Origin: Patescibacteria group bacterium
GTDB lineage: Bacteria > Patescibacteriota > Patescibacteriia > 2-01-FULL-39-33
DNA: 32,000 nt
Direction: 5' to 3'
Assembly: GCA_041662745.1 (NCBI GenBank)
Contig: JBAZRV010000008.1
Location: forward strand, 954-32,953
Of this stretch, positions 1-9,266 are shown piece by piece. The translations under genes and the position numbers were made by a program. Position 1 is the stretch's first letter. Each line of letters opens with the position of its first letter. Under the pieces are notes generated by a model. That model searched no databases. It had not been told where the DNA came from and was given only the letters and a program-made list of their open reading frames with translations.

Positions 1-897
1 TTTTTTGGATTCGCCGGGAAAACCGACGATGATATCGGTGGAAATAGCGATATCGGGTCTGGCGCGCCTGAAACGATTAACCAAAGCCAAAAATTTCTTG
101 GCCGTATATCTGCGATTCATGGCTTTCAGAATCACATCGTCGCCTGACTGCAAAGCCAAATGCAAATGTGGCGCGATATGCCGGCCATTGGCCATAACCC
201 TTATCAATTCAGCAGACAGGTCTTTAGGGTGCGAAGTCATAAACCTTAACCGGTAATTTCCGGGCAACTTGTCAATCTTGCTTAATAACTGCGAAAAATC
301 AATTTCGCCGCATAAATAAGAATTAACATTCTGTCCCAACAGAATAATTTCCTTATAACCCCGCTTAATCAAGCTCCGACATTCTTTGATGATGCTGTCA
401 GCCGGCCGATGTTTCTCCCGGCCTCGCGTATGAGGCACGGCGCAATAAGAACAAAAATTATTACAGCCGTTACTAATCGGCACCAGGGCGGAAAATTCCG
501 ATGAAGGCTGGGCCGGCAAACACAGGTAATCTTCCGCCTTAAACGCTTCGCCGCCGCCCAAAATTTCCGGCAAGCGCCAAATTTCCGTAATCGGCATGAT
601 ACTGTCGAAAAATTTCGACAGTTTTTTCCGATCCCTATCCAGAACGCAACCGGTCAAAATAGTCGTCAGCCGACCGGCCTGACGGCGTTTTTGCCACAAT
701 TGCGCCTTGCCCATAACCCGGTCCACGGCCGCTTGCCTGACCGAACAAGCCACGACGACAATCAAGTCGGCCGCACCCTCAGCCTCGCTCGCTCGCCAGC
801 CCGAATCATTAAGCAAACGGCTGATGCGTTCGGCATCAGCCTGGTTCATTTGGCAACCCAAGACAAGAAGATAGTATTTTTTAGCGGATTTTTTCAT
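1..897 (-). CDS. miaB: MiaB-family tRNA methylthiotransferase (radical SAM), C-terminus beyond left edge
   Basis: Manual minus-strand translation from ATG at 897: MKKSAKKYYLLVLGCQMNQADAERI... with radical SAM cluster motif SNGCNNFCSYCAVPHTRGRE and STDIIVGFPGE. Open to the left edge and not in the supplied ORF track. Confidence 0.93.
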   Translation of the reverse strand, partial: MKKSAKKYYLLVLGCQMNQADAERISRLLNDSGWRASEAEGAADLIVVVACSVRQAAVDRVMGKAQLWQKRRQAGRLTTILTGCVLDRDRKKLSKFFDSIMPITEIWRLPEILGGGEAFKAEDYLCLPAQPSSEFSALVPISNGCNNFCSYCAVPHTRGREKHRPADSIIKECRSLIKRGYKEIILLGQNVNSYLCGEIDFSQLLSKIDKLPGNYRLRFMTSHPKDLSAELIRVMANGRHIAPHLHLALQSGDDVILKAMNRRYTAKKFLALVNRFRRARPDIAISTDIIVGFPGESKK

Positions 898-904
898 GCA
901 ATTC

Positions 905-933
905 ATTATACAAAAAACACGAAAACAAATCAA
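905..933 (-). promoter_or_regulatory. Candidate sigma70-like promoter of miaB (TTGATT-17 nt-TATAAT)
   Basis: Minus strand: TTGATT (933..928), 17-nt spacer, TATAAT (910..905), then 7 nt to the ATG at 897. Confidence 0.6.
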
Positions 934-969
934 TGCTTCCGTGCCTCGGCCGATTATCCGATCGGACCG

Positions 970-1104
970 TTAGCTGGTCGCCACCCAAGCCAAGAGAGCG
1001 GAAATAGCCGCCGAACCCAAAAGCATCCAGGCGGTCATAGCGACAACCTTTTTGACAATTGAAGTCTTGACGGCGGTAATAGTTGACGGCTGTTTATAGT
1101 TCAT
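970..1104 (-). CDS. 44-aa small single-TM protein
   Basis: ATG at 1104, TAA at 970-972: MNYKQPSTITAVKTSIVKKVVAMTAWMLLGSAAISALLAWVATS. It fills the gap between neighbouring genes; below the ORF track length cutoff. Confidence 0.5.
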   Translation of the reverse strand: MNYKQPSTITAVKTSIVKKVVAMTAWMLLGSAAISALLAWVATS

Positions 1105-1115
1105 AACCGCTATGA

Positions 1116-2213
1116 TTATTTAATGACGATTTTAATGCGTCCGGCATCATCGGGGGTAATATCACGCCAAGACGGAGAAATATCCACTTTGATATCCTTA
1201 ATTACTCCCGTCTTCTGGGCATAATCCATAATCTCATCGGCGGTACGGCCGGTAAAATTTGATTTTTCCAATATGGGGCTGTCGGCGGTTAAATATCCTT
1301 GCAAAGGGTAGTTGATTTTAACCGCTATGTTTTCCGAATTATTGGCATCCAAAACAGTAATTTGTATCAATCGCTGATCAATGTCTTCCACGCTTAAATC
1401 ATTAAAGTTAATTTTCTGAGCCTTGTCTTTTATCAACTCGGCTAAAGCGCCGGTATCCGCGCTGATAGTCTTAAGGCGCACTGTTCCGGTCATGGTGAAA
1501 AAACTCGCCTCGTCGCCCAACTTTTTATCAATCTTATAGCTGACCAATTCGCCCAAAACGATTCCGGCGGTAGTAGAGGCCTGGGCTTCGGCTACGGCTT
1601 GAGCCACGAGTTCCTTTTTGGCGCGATTAATATCGGTTTCGCCGATTACCTTAACGGCACCGGCAGCATTCTGTTGCAACGGACTGATAATCTGCCCAAA
1701 AATCTTGCTTTGCAGAACCGTTGCTAATTTAATTATGGTCAAATTCCCGCTGGTAATCGGCTGGAAAGCAGCCGGATCCTTGGGGAAGACGTTAACCGTT
1801 ACGCTGCCGCCGGCCGGTATGTTGACACCTTCATCAGTCCTGACGATAACCCCATTCTCTCCCTGCAATTGGGTGGTTCTGACCAACTGTTGGCTCTTGC
1901 TGTATTGATTGACTATTTTTACTTGGCCGACTATGTTTGAAGCTTGGGATTTGGTGGATGAAGCCTCAAACATTTTTTCTACGGTTTTATTAGTAATACT
2001 GAGAGTGCCGCCCACCGCTCCTTGCTTGGCGATTTCCGCCGGCGTAGAACTGGTTTTTATTTCCGTATTGAAACTTAAATTAACCACTTGCACCTCGGGC
2101 GTAATCACGATAGTCGCTTGAGAATAAAACAACAAAAACACGGCCGAGATGACAACCGCGGCGCAAATAATGAAAACAATGGCAATATTGCGATAGAGCG
2201 TTATTCTGCCCAT
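1116..2213 (-). CDS. Single-TM membrane protein of the kind often annotated 'baseplate J/gp47-like' in Patescibacteria
   Basis: 365 aa; N-terminal TM (NIAIVFIICAAVVISAVFLLF) followed by a long extracytoplasmic domain; family recognition from general pattern. Confidence 0.6.
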   Translation of the reverse strand: MGRITLYRNIAIVFIICAAVVISAVFLLFYSQATIVITPEVQVVNLSFNTEIKTSSTPAEIAKQGAVGGTLSITNKTVEKMFEASSTKSQASNIVGQVKIVNQYSKSQQLVRTTQLQGENGVIVRTDEGVNIPAGGSVTVNVFPKDPAAFQPITSGNLTIIKLATVLQSKIFGQIISPLQQNAAGAVKVIGETDINRAKKELVAQAVAEAQASTTAGIVLGELVSYKIDKKLGDEASFFTMTGTVRLKTISADTGALAELIKDKAQKINFNDLSVEDIDQRLIQITVLDANNSENIAVKINYPLQGYLTADSPILEKSNFTGRTADEIMDYAQKTGVIKDIKVDISPSWRDITPDDAGRIKIVIK

Positions 2214-2217
2214 AAGC

Positions 2218-3147
2218 TTAATTGTTTACCAGCCACTCTCTAACCACCTTCCGGATGTCTTGATCGGTAACCCGCAACGGCTTCTTGCCGGCGGCGGCTA
2301 AATTCTCTATGTGAACCCGGCTGCAAGCCTCGTCAATGGCGTCAATGGCCTTATCCGGATAAGAACGCCCCTTGATGGCCTTAGTGGCCGTAACGGCCGT
2401 TTTAATGGCTGAGGGAGTGATAATAACTTTGTGGTACTTCTCGTAAATAGCCTTGATGCCTTGCAGTATCTGTTCGGTTTGAGCCGCTGTCGGTTCGGAG
2501 ACAAACACCGGCTGTAAACGGCGATCCAAAGTCTTGTCCTGCTTGATGAATTTCAAGTATTCGTCTTTGGTGGTGGCGCCTACGACTTGCAATTCGCCAC
2601 GCGCCAAAAGAGGCTTCAAGATATCGGCGGCGTTAATGGCTCCTTCAGCCACTCCGGCTTCGGCCAAAATATGTATCTCATCAATAAATAAAATAATAAC
2701 GCGTTTGGCGGCAATAATCTCATCGGTTATCTTCTTTAATCGCTGTTCAAACTCGCCACGATACTTGGTGCCGGCCAAAATACCGGTCAAATCCAAGGCC
2801 AGAACTTTCTTGCCGTACAGGGAGTTGGGCACTTGTTTGGCAACAATGCGCAAAGCCAAACCCTCCGCCACCGCAGTTTTGCCGACACCGGCAGCGCCGA
2901 CCAAGACGGGATTATTCTTAGTGCGACGGGACAAAATCTCCACCACCCGAGAAATCTCATGATCGCGCCCGATAACCGGATCAAGCTTTTTTTCTACGGC
3001 CAAACGAGTCAGATCTCTGGAATATTTGGCTAAAATAGAACCGGAATTAATGCCGACGCTGCCTCCGCCCCAACCTGATTGGCGATAAAGATAATATAAA
3101 ACGGGGGCCAGAATCAAAACTCCGACAAGCAAAAGAATCTGATCCAT
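2218..3147 (-). CDS. Membrane-anchored AAA+ ATPase resembling the ClpA/ClpC D1 module only
   Basis: N-terminal TM; LDPVIGRDHEISRVVEILSRR, Walker A GAAGVGKTA, Walker B ILFIDEIH, GATTKDEY, LDRRLQPV; ends right after the D1 lid with no D2. Confidence 0.88.
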   Translation of the reverse strand: MDQILLLVGVLILAPVLYYLYRQSGWGGGSVGINSGSILAKYSRDLTRLAVEKKLDPVIGRDHEISRVVEILSRRTKNNPVLVGAAGVGKTAVAEGLALRIVAKQVPNSLYGKKVLALDLTGILAGTKYRGEFEQRLKKITDEIIAAKRVIILFIDEIHILAEAGVAEGAINAADILKPLLARGELQVVGATTKDEYLKFIKQDKTLDRRLQPVFVSEPTAAQTEQILQGIKAIYEKYHKVIITPSAIKTAVTATKAIKGRSYPDKAIDAIDEACSRVHIENLAAAGKKPLRVTDQDIRKVVREWLVNN

Positions 3148-3192
3148 AAAAATTCATTAATTTTAAGACCGCTGACTTATGGTACTGCTTAA

Positions 3193-3201
3193 ATTATAGC
3201 A
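3193..3201 (-). promoter_or_regulatory. Extended -10 element (TGCTATAAT) in the dnaE-clp-like intergenic gap
   Basis: Minus-strand TGCTATAAT about 46 nt upstream of the ATG at 3147; no strong -35 hexamer seen. Confidence 0.45.
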
Positions 3202-3211
3202 TAATTGCGGC

Positions 3212-6200
3212 CTAAGCCACAACCGTACCCGGCCCCAAAAGCTTTTCTGCGGCTTGCTTGAAAGATTCAGAATAATTAACCCGAAAATTAGTGCGGATCT
3301 TCTCTTTTCCGGCAGTATTGCTTATCATCAACTCAATGATATGATTGCCTGGGTAGGCGAAGATAAGCGCTTTAAGCTGTTTGGTTAAGTCATAATCCAA
3401 GGGCGGATTCAAATTGAAAGTAATAATCTTCTCAATTGTTTTCGGGGCCGAGACCGAAACAGCCGACTGCCGGCTGTTATCATAGCCATTGCCGTTACCC
3501 CACTGCCTCCGTCCGCGACTCGGCTGATCCCTAGAACTGACCAAAAAATTATCCAAAGTTTCCTTTAATCCCTCTTGATTCAATATCGCCGCTAAATCGC
3601 AAAGGATCTTACGCTCACCGTCCTTGTCGGAGACGGTGCCGCTGGCGATGATAATCGTATCCGGTTGCCATAAATGCGGGTTCTGTTCCAAAATTTTGGG
3701 AAAAACCAGAATCTCTATTTCGCCGGACGTATCTTCAACTTTGACAAACAGCATGGCATCGCCTTTTTTGGTATAAATTTTCTTGACGTTAGTAATCACT
3801 CCCGCCACCCTGACTTGAACGCCGTCAACACAGCCCCTTAAGGTGGCGCAAGCGGCGGCATAATTGGAAGTAACAGCCGCATAATCGCTCATAGGATGCT
3901 CGGAGATATACAAACCCAGCGATTCTTTTTCCCATAACAGCTTGGTTTTTTTATCTAACGGCGGAGCCGGTTCCAATTTTAACCGAGGCAAAGCCACTTG
4001 GGGCGACAAATCAAACAGTGAGTCCTGTTTCTCATCGGTGCTTCTGGTTGCTTCCTGAATAAATTTCAACAGTCGCTCCATGTTCTGCAATAATAGATTG
4101 CGTTCGCTTAAAGAATCAGACGCTCCGGCTTTGATTAAAGCCTCCAGTGACCGTTTGTTCAAGTCCTTGCTTTTGACGCGGGACAAGAAATCAACCAAAT
4201 CGGAATAGCGGCCGTTGGCTTTCCTCTCCGCGATTATTTCTTTGACAATATTTTCGCCCAAACCTTTCACCGCCATCAAGCCAAAACGCACGCGAGGCTT
4301 GGCCGTGGCTAAAGTTTGCGCCACCACGCCGAAATCGGCAAACGACTCGTTAATATCGGGAGGCAGAACTTCAATGCCCAATTGGCGGCATTCATCAACC
4401 TCAATGGCGATGCGGTCAAGATTCTGCTGATCGGAAGTCAATAGCGCCGCCATGAACTCGGCCGGATAATTGGCTTTCAGGTAGGCGGTCTGATAAGCGA
4501 TCAAGGCGTAGCAAGCGGCATGAGAACGATTGAAACCGTAAGCGGCAAAAGGCAAAATGAATTCCCAAATCTTCTCGGCCACGCGACGATCAATATTATT
4601 TTTGACCATGCCGTCCACCATTTTGATTTCCTGTTCATGCAATAATTCCTTAATCTTCTTGCCTACGGCCTTGCGCAACACATCGGCTTCGCCATAAGTG
4701 AAACCGGCCAAATCCCGGGCAATACGCAATAATTGTTCCTGATAGACGGCCACGCCGTAAGTGCCTTTAAGAATCGGCTCCAGCTTTGGATGCAGATATT
4801 GAGGCTTCTTACGGCCATGCTTGCCGTTAATGTAATCAGGAATATATTCCATCGGTCCGGGACGATACAGCGCCACCATGGCGATCAAATCTTCCAGATC
4901 TGTCGGGGCCAGTTGCTTTAAGTAACGTTTCATGCCGGCGCTTTCAAACTGAAATACGCCGGTGGTTTTGCCTTCCTGAAAGAGCTTATAGCTTTTCTTG
5001 TCGTCTAAGGGAATACTATCAACATCTATGTCAATGTTATGAATTTTTTTAATGATGCGCAGCGCCTGTTCAATGATAGTCAAATTGGACAGGCCCAAAA
5101 AGTCCATTTTTAACAGCCCCAAATCTTCCACTGAGTGGCCTTCGTACTGGACAACGATTGATTCGCCCGAGCCGTATTGGCGCGGCGCATAATAGTCCAG
5201 CGATTCCGGCGTAATCACTACGCCGCAGGCATGGGTGGAGGCATGACGGCAGACGCCTTCCAACCGTTTGGCCGTGGCAATCAGCTTGGCGCCGTCGCTG
5301 TCATTTAAAATATCCTTCATCTCGGGCACCGCTTCGCAGGCCTCAGTCAAATTCATACCCATGGGTATCAGCTTGGCTACGCGATCGCAATAATTATAAG
5401 GCAGGCTCATTACCCGGCCCACATCGCGAATGGCGTTTCTGGCGGCCATAGTGCCAAAAGTGATAATCTGCGCCACATGATCGCGTCCGTACTTGTCGGC
5501 CACATAGCTTAATACTTCATCACGCCGGCTGTCAGCGAAATCAGTATCAATATCAGGCATGGAAATACGTTCGGGATTTAAGAAACGCTCAAACACCAAA
5601 TCATACTTAACCGGATCAATATTAGTGATCTGCGTCAAATAAGACACCAGGGAACCGGCGGCGGAACCGCGGCCCGGACCGACGACGATATTGCCATCTT
5701 TAGCCCAATTGATAAAATCGGAGACAATCAAAAAGTATCCGGCATAACCGGTTTTAGCGATAACCGAAAGCTCGTAGGACAAACGCTCCCTGATCTCCGG
5801 CGTAATCTGTTCCGGTTTAAATCTCTCCCGTAACCCCTGCTCGCATAATTCCCGCAAATAATCATCGGCGGTCTGGCCTTCGGGCAAAGGGAAATTGGGC
5901 AAGATATTATCGCCCAACTGCAATTCCAAATTGCACATCTCCGCCACCTTCAGCGTATTGGCTATGACTTCAGGATGATCGGCGAAATCAGCGATCATTC
6001 GTTCCTGTGATTTGAACGACAAATCAAAACCGATGTAACTCATGCGATCCTGGTCGCTCAAAGTTTTTTTGGTCTGAATGCAAAGGAGGGCATCCTGGGC
6101 ATACTCGTCTTCCTGTCGCGGATAATGGACATCATTAGTCGCTACCACGGCCGCACCGGTTTCTTCGGCCAAACGGTAGATTTGTTCATTTAGTTTATTC

Positions 6201-6751
6201 TGCTTGTCAAAATTAGGATGGTACTGCGCTTCCAAGAAAAAATTTTCCCGACCCAGCAAATCCTGATAGCGAGCGATCATCTCGCGCGCGCTTTTTAAAT
6301 CATTGTTTAGAATATAACCCGGCAACTCTCCGGCAACGCAAGCGGTCAAGGCTATTAATCCTTCGTGATGTTCCTGCAACAACTCCCAATCAATGCGCGG
6401 CTTATAATAAAATCCCTGCAGATGGGCAATGGTCGTTAGTTTGACTAAATTATGATAACCAATCTTGTCTTTGGCTAACAAAATCAAATGCCAGGGCCGC
6501 TCGTCAATTTTGGGACGTTTATTCAAATGGCCGTTCCTGGCCACATAAGCCTCCACGCCGATAATCGGTTTTATCCCCGCCTTCTTGGCTTTTTTATAAA
6601 ACTCTATCGCTCCGTACATTACGCCATGATCGGTCAAGGCCATGGCCGGCATCTCGTATTGCTTGGCGATTTTTATCAACTCATCAATCTGCCCCAAGCC
6701 GTCAAGCAAAGAGTAATGGGAGTGGACGTGGAGATGGACAAATTGAGACAT
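3212..6751 (-). CDS. dnaE: DNA polymerase III subunit alpha
   Basis: PHP domain HVHSHYSLLDGLGQ, catalytic PDIDTDFADSRRDEV, GPGRGSAAGSLVSYLT. ATG at 6751 (MSQFVHLHVHSHYS) preferred over the track start at 6796. Confidence 0.97.
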   Translation of the reverse strand: MSQFVHLHVHSHYSLLDGLGQIDELIKIAKQYEMPAMALTDHGVMYGAIEFYKKAKKAGIKPIIGVEAYVARNGHLNKRPKIDERPWHLILLAKDKIGYHNLVKLTTIAHLQGFYYKPRIDWELLQEHHEGLIALTACVAGELPGYILNNDLKSAREMIARYQDLLGRENFFLEAQYHPNFDKQNKLNEQIYRLAEETGAAVVATNDVHYPRQEDEYAQDALLCIQTKKTLSDQDRMSYIGFDLSFKSQERMIADFADHPEVIANTLKVAEMCNLELQLGDNILPNFPLPEGQTADDYLRELCEQGLRERFKPEQITPEIRERLSYELSVIAKTGYAGYFLIVSDFINWAKDGNIVVGPGRGSAAGSLVSYLTQITNIDPVKYDLVFERFLNPERISMPDIDTDFADSRRDEVLSYVADKYGRDHVAQIITFGTMAARNAIRDVGRVMSLPYNYCDRVAKLIPMGMNLTEACEAVPEMKDILNDSDGAKLIATAKRLEGVCRHASTHACGVVITPESLDYYAPRQYGSGESIVVQYEGHSVEDLGLLKMDFLGLSNLTIIEQALRIIKKIHNIDIDVDSIPLDDKKSYKLFQEGKTTGVFQFESAGMKRYLKQLAPTDLEDLIAMVALYRPGPMEYIPDYINGKHGRKKPQYLHPKLEPILKGTYGVAVYQEQLLRIARDLAGFTYGEADVLRKAVGKKIKELLHEQEIKMVDGMVKNNIDRRVAEKIWEFILPFAAYGFNRSHAACYALIAYQTAYLKANYPAEFMAALLTSDQQNLDRIAIEVDECRQLGIEVLPPDINESFADFGVVAQTLATAKPRVRFGLMAVKGLGENIVKEIIAERKANGRYSDLVDFLSRVKSKDLNKRSLEALIKAGASDSLSERNLLLQNMERLLKFIQEATRSTDEKQDSLFDLSPQVALPRLKLEPAPPLDKKTKLLWEKESLGLYISEHPMSDYAAVTSNYAAACATLRGCVDGVQVRVAGVITNVKKIYTKKGDAMLFVKVEDTSGEIEILVFPKILEQNPHLWQPDTIIIASGTVSDKDGERKILCDLAAILNQEGLKETLDNFLVSSRDQPSRGRRQWGNGNGYDNSRQSAVSVSAPKTIEKIITFNLNPPLDYDLTKQLKALIFAYPGNHIIELMISNTAGKEKIRTNFRVNYSESFKQAAEKLLGPGTVVA

Positions 6752-6814
6752 GATTAATGGCTTAAATGTTTTTATAATAAGGGGAAAAATAACCAAAAAT
6801 AACCGATTAAAGAC

Positions 6815-6842
6815 AAAAACTCCCCGATCAGAGAGAGTTTTG
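6815..6842 (-). terminator. Candidate intrinsic terminator downstream of the S1C-like gene
   Basis: Minus strand AAAACTC-(loop)-GAGTTTTT; the inverted repeat is symmetrical and could act in either direction. Confidence 0.45.
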
Positions 6843-6914
6843 TTTAATTAGAAAAAACCTTATCTCAAGTTTTATTATACAAAAAAACAGCGTTTAAACA
6901 AAATTAACAGCCGC

Positions 6915-7997
6915 CTATTTTAGAACGGCCGCAACTGTCAGATCTTGGCCGCCGCGGGACAAAACAATCTCTATCTTATCGCCCATCTTAAAATTATTAA
7001 TCGCATCGGCTAAACCCTGATAAACATTAAGTTCAAAATCGTTTATTTTTTTAATAATATCGCCCTTCTTAACTAAGCCGAAGGCCGCACTCCCGCGTAC
7101 CGGCTCGGCAATGACATAAGCGCCTTTATCACCCCAATCAGCCAAACCGTCAGCCTGAGCCAAATCAATGTAATCCACTCCCAGGGCCGCTCGAACAATT
7201 TTCTTGTTATTCAATAATCCGGCAATCAACTGGGAAAAATAATCAACGGGAATGGCTGAGCCATTATCAATTACGCCGATTACCTCTCCCTTAAAATTAA
7301 CCAGCAGACCGCCGTTATAGCTATCGGCTAAAACCCGATCCAGATAAATTCTTTTTTGCGGATAATCCGAGTTAAGCTTCAAATCGCTGGCGGTGGAAAA
7401 AATATAGCCGATCTTGGTTATATGATTCACTTCCAAGCGGTTATGTCCGGAAACAATCACGACCGTCTGGCCCAGTGATAAACTGCTGGATTTGCCGATT
7501 TTAGCAACTGGCAAATTATTAGCCGGCATTTTGCCAAAAACCATCCCAGTAGCCTGATCATCAATAAAGTCAGACAGCGCATATTGCTTATTCTGATAAC
7601 CCACAGCCGCATAAGTCCCCTTGAGGTTGCCAATAACGGCGCGAGAACTGACTACCCAACCGTCGGCAGTCAAAACAAAACCGTGACCCAAAGCTTCGCT
7701 GGCGGTGAAAGCGGCGCTCAGGGGCTCGGTTGATTTTTTGCTATGGTAAATATTGACGATAGCGGGCAAGAGGTCGTTTTCTATCTGTTTCATTTGCGTA
7801 TCCTGCTCAATCACCACGCTGCGCGGTTGCTGAATGACGATTCTATCAGTTAAGGCCGCCGAAGAAAAATTCAGTTGATTAAGAATCGGGATTTGCAACG
7901 AGGAGGAGCTGATAATGACAAAACCCAAGAAACCGGACAACAAGCCGAAACAGATTGATAAAATGATGACCAAAAATGTCTGTGATGGTTTAAACAT
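6915..7997 (-). CDS. S1C/HtrA-like protein with PDZ domain, predicted catalytically inactive (pseudoprotease)
   Basis: Trypsin-like fold blocks GHGFVLTADGWVVSSRAVIG and ADSYNGGLLVNFKGEVIGV plus C-terminal PDZ (ALGVDY...GSAAFGLVKKGDIIKKINDFEL); triad residues substituted. Confidence 0.85.
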   Translation of the reverse strand: MFKPSQTFLVIILSICFGLLSGFLGFVIISSSSLQIPILNQLNFSSAALTDRIVIQQPRSVVIEQDTQMKQIENDLLPAIVNIYHSKKSTEPLSAAFTASEALGHGFVLTADGWVVSSRAVIGNLKGTYAAVGYQNKQYALSDFIDDQATGMVFGKMPANNLPVAKIGKSSSLSLGQTVVIVSGHNRLEVNHITKIGYIFSTASDLKLNSDYPQKRIYLDRVLADSYNGGLLVNFKGEVIGVIDNGSAIPVDYFSQLIAGLLNNKKIVRAALGVDYIDLAQADGLADWGDKGAYVIAEPVRGSAAFGLVKKGDIIKKINDFELNVYQGLADAINNFKMGDKIEIVLSRGGQDLTVAAVLK

Positions 7998-8010
7998 AAA
8001 AAATATTATT

Positions 8011-8784
8011 TTAAAGCCAGATAGCGGTGATAAGAGTTAAAACGACCACCAAGGAGAAAATAAAGATTGCCCTTAAACCAGAGCCGCCTTTATTGCCTTT
8101 TGTTAAGCGGGCTGGGGATGATAAAGACAGAGACAGCATTAAATAATAGGTGGCGGACAACAAGATGGCTAACACATAAAAACTAACCGGCCAAAACAAC
8201 AACAAAAACAGCAATTCCGTTAATACTATAGCCTGTATTAAAGCATAAATCAAGGCGTTACGCCGGCCGGATAAATATTTAAGGTAAAGCCAATAATAAA
8301 GGACAAAATAAACCAAGCTCAAAATCGGGACAATCACCACCGCCGGCCAATTCAAAAAAATAGAAAAATTAACCAGAGCGGCCGTCAAGAAAAAAATTAT
8401 CAGAATATCAAAGTATGAATGTAAATTATTCAAATTGGCCACGCTAACCTTGGCGGTTTCATAAAAATCATGGAACACCACCTCCAGATAAAGCCAGAAT
8501 AAAAAAGCCCAGGAGAGCAGGAACAGGTTAAGAACATAAAAACTTTCCAAAATCAATAAAAAAACAAAACCGGCAATAACGAAAATCAAACTGTAAAGAT
8601 AGGCAAAAGTAACCGATTTGGTCTTGTGGTTAGATTTAATTAAAAAAAAATAAATACTGGGAACTGCTAAGATGACAATAAAAAACCACGACCAATAACC
8701 GGGCCAATAAAAAAGCGCTTGGCAAAGAAGAAAAAAGGCTACCGCCGCCAGATAAGGAAAAATTCGTAAAAGAAGCAAGATCAT
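8011..8784 (-). CDS. Polytopic membrane protein, unknown
   Basis: 257 aa with multiple hydrophobic segments; no family recognised. Confidence 0.75.
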   Translation of the reverse strand: MILLLLRIFPYLAAVAFFLLCQALFYWPGYWSWFFIVILAVPSIYFFLIKSNHKTKSVTFAYLYSLIFVIAGFVFLLILESFYVLNLFLLSWAFLFWLYLEVVFHDFYETAKVSVANLNNLHSYFDILIIFFLTAALVNFSIFLNWPAVVIVPILSLVYFVLYYWLYLKYLSGRRNALIYALIQAIVLTELLFLLLFWPVSFYVLAILLSATYYLMLSLSLSSPARLTKGNKGGSGLRAIFIFSLVVVLTLITAIWL

Positions 8785-8789
8785 AATCC

Positions 8790-9251
8790 TTATTTCTGAT
8801 TGATTATGCTTTTCAATTCTGCCAGCTTCTTGCTAACCGCCGCTTGCTGGCCGGAAACTGACAACTCGCCAATTTCGCCTAAAGTCAGAATGACGGCCAG
8901 ATGCTTAGCTTTATCATTGGGCGGGACCTTGAGCGCCAACAATTTATCTTGAGCGGAGCGAGCCAAAACCGCCAAGTCATCACTGACCGCCACTTGATTC
9001 AAAAACTCACCGGTAATAGCGCTAAAATTATCGGCATAATCGGCGTCTAATTTAATCAGGTCAACCGGCTGGCTGGGTTGATCCAAATTAGCCGTTACCT
9101 GTTTGATCTGGCCGGGTGGAAGTCCGATACTGTTAACGGCCCCATAAAATTTATAAACCAAGAACGCCGAACCGCATAAAACAACCAACCCAATCAAAAA
9201 ACCGATCAGTATTTGCTGATTTAATTCCAACTTCAAACTGTTTTTGATCAT
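8790..9251 (-). CDS. Single-TM hypothetical protein
   Basis: 153 aa, N-terminal TM ILIGFLIGLVVLCGSAFLVY; tight spacing with neighbours. Confidence 0.7.
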   Translation of the reverse strand: MIKNSLKLELNQQILIGFLIGLVVLCGSAFLVYKFYGAVNSIGLPPGQIKQVTANLDQPSQPVDLIKLDADYADNFSAITGEFLNQVAVSDDLAVLARSAQDKLLALKVPPNDKAKHLAVILTLGEIGELSVSGQQAAVSKKLAELKSIINQK

Positions 9252-9266
9252 ATAACTGAATTTTAA

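Noticed and set aside
5-256. 83-aa plus-strand ORF
   Set aside because: Antisense shadow of miaB (radical SAM region).
691-1062. 123-aa plus-strand ORF
   Set aside because: Mostly antisense to the well-supported miaB coding region and promoter; no recognisable domain.
1116-2213. Phage tail or contractile injection system remnant, based on the 'baseplate J-like' label
   Set aside because: The protein is TM-anchored and no sheath, tube, spike or other tail genes are nearby; the label is probably a remote-homology artefact.
6752-6796. N-terminal extension of DnaE (MVIFPLIIKTFKPLI)
   Set aside because: Canonical DnaE starts right at the PHP domain; ATG 6751 gives MSQFVHLHVHSHYS. The extension is most likely 5' UTR.
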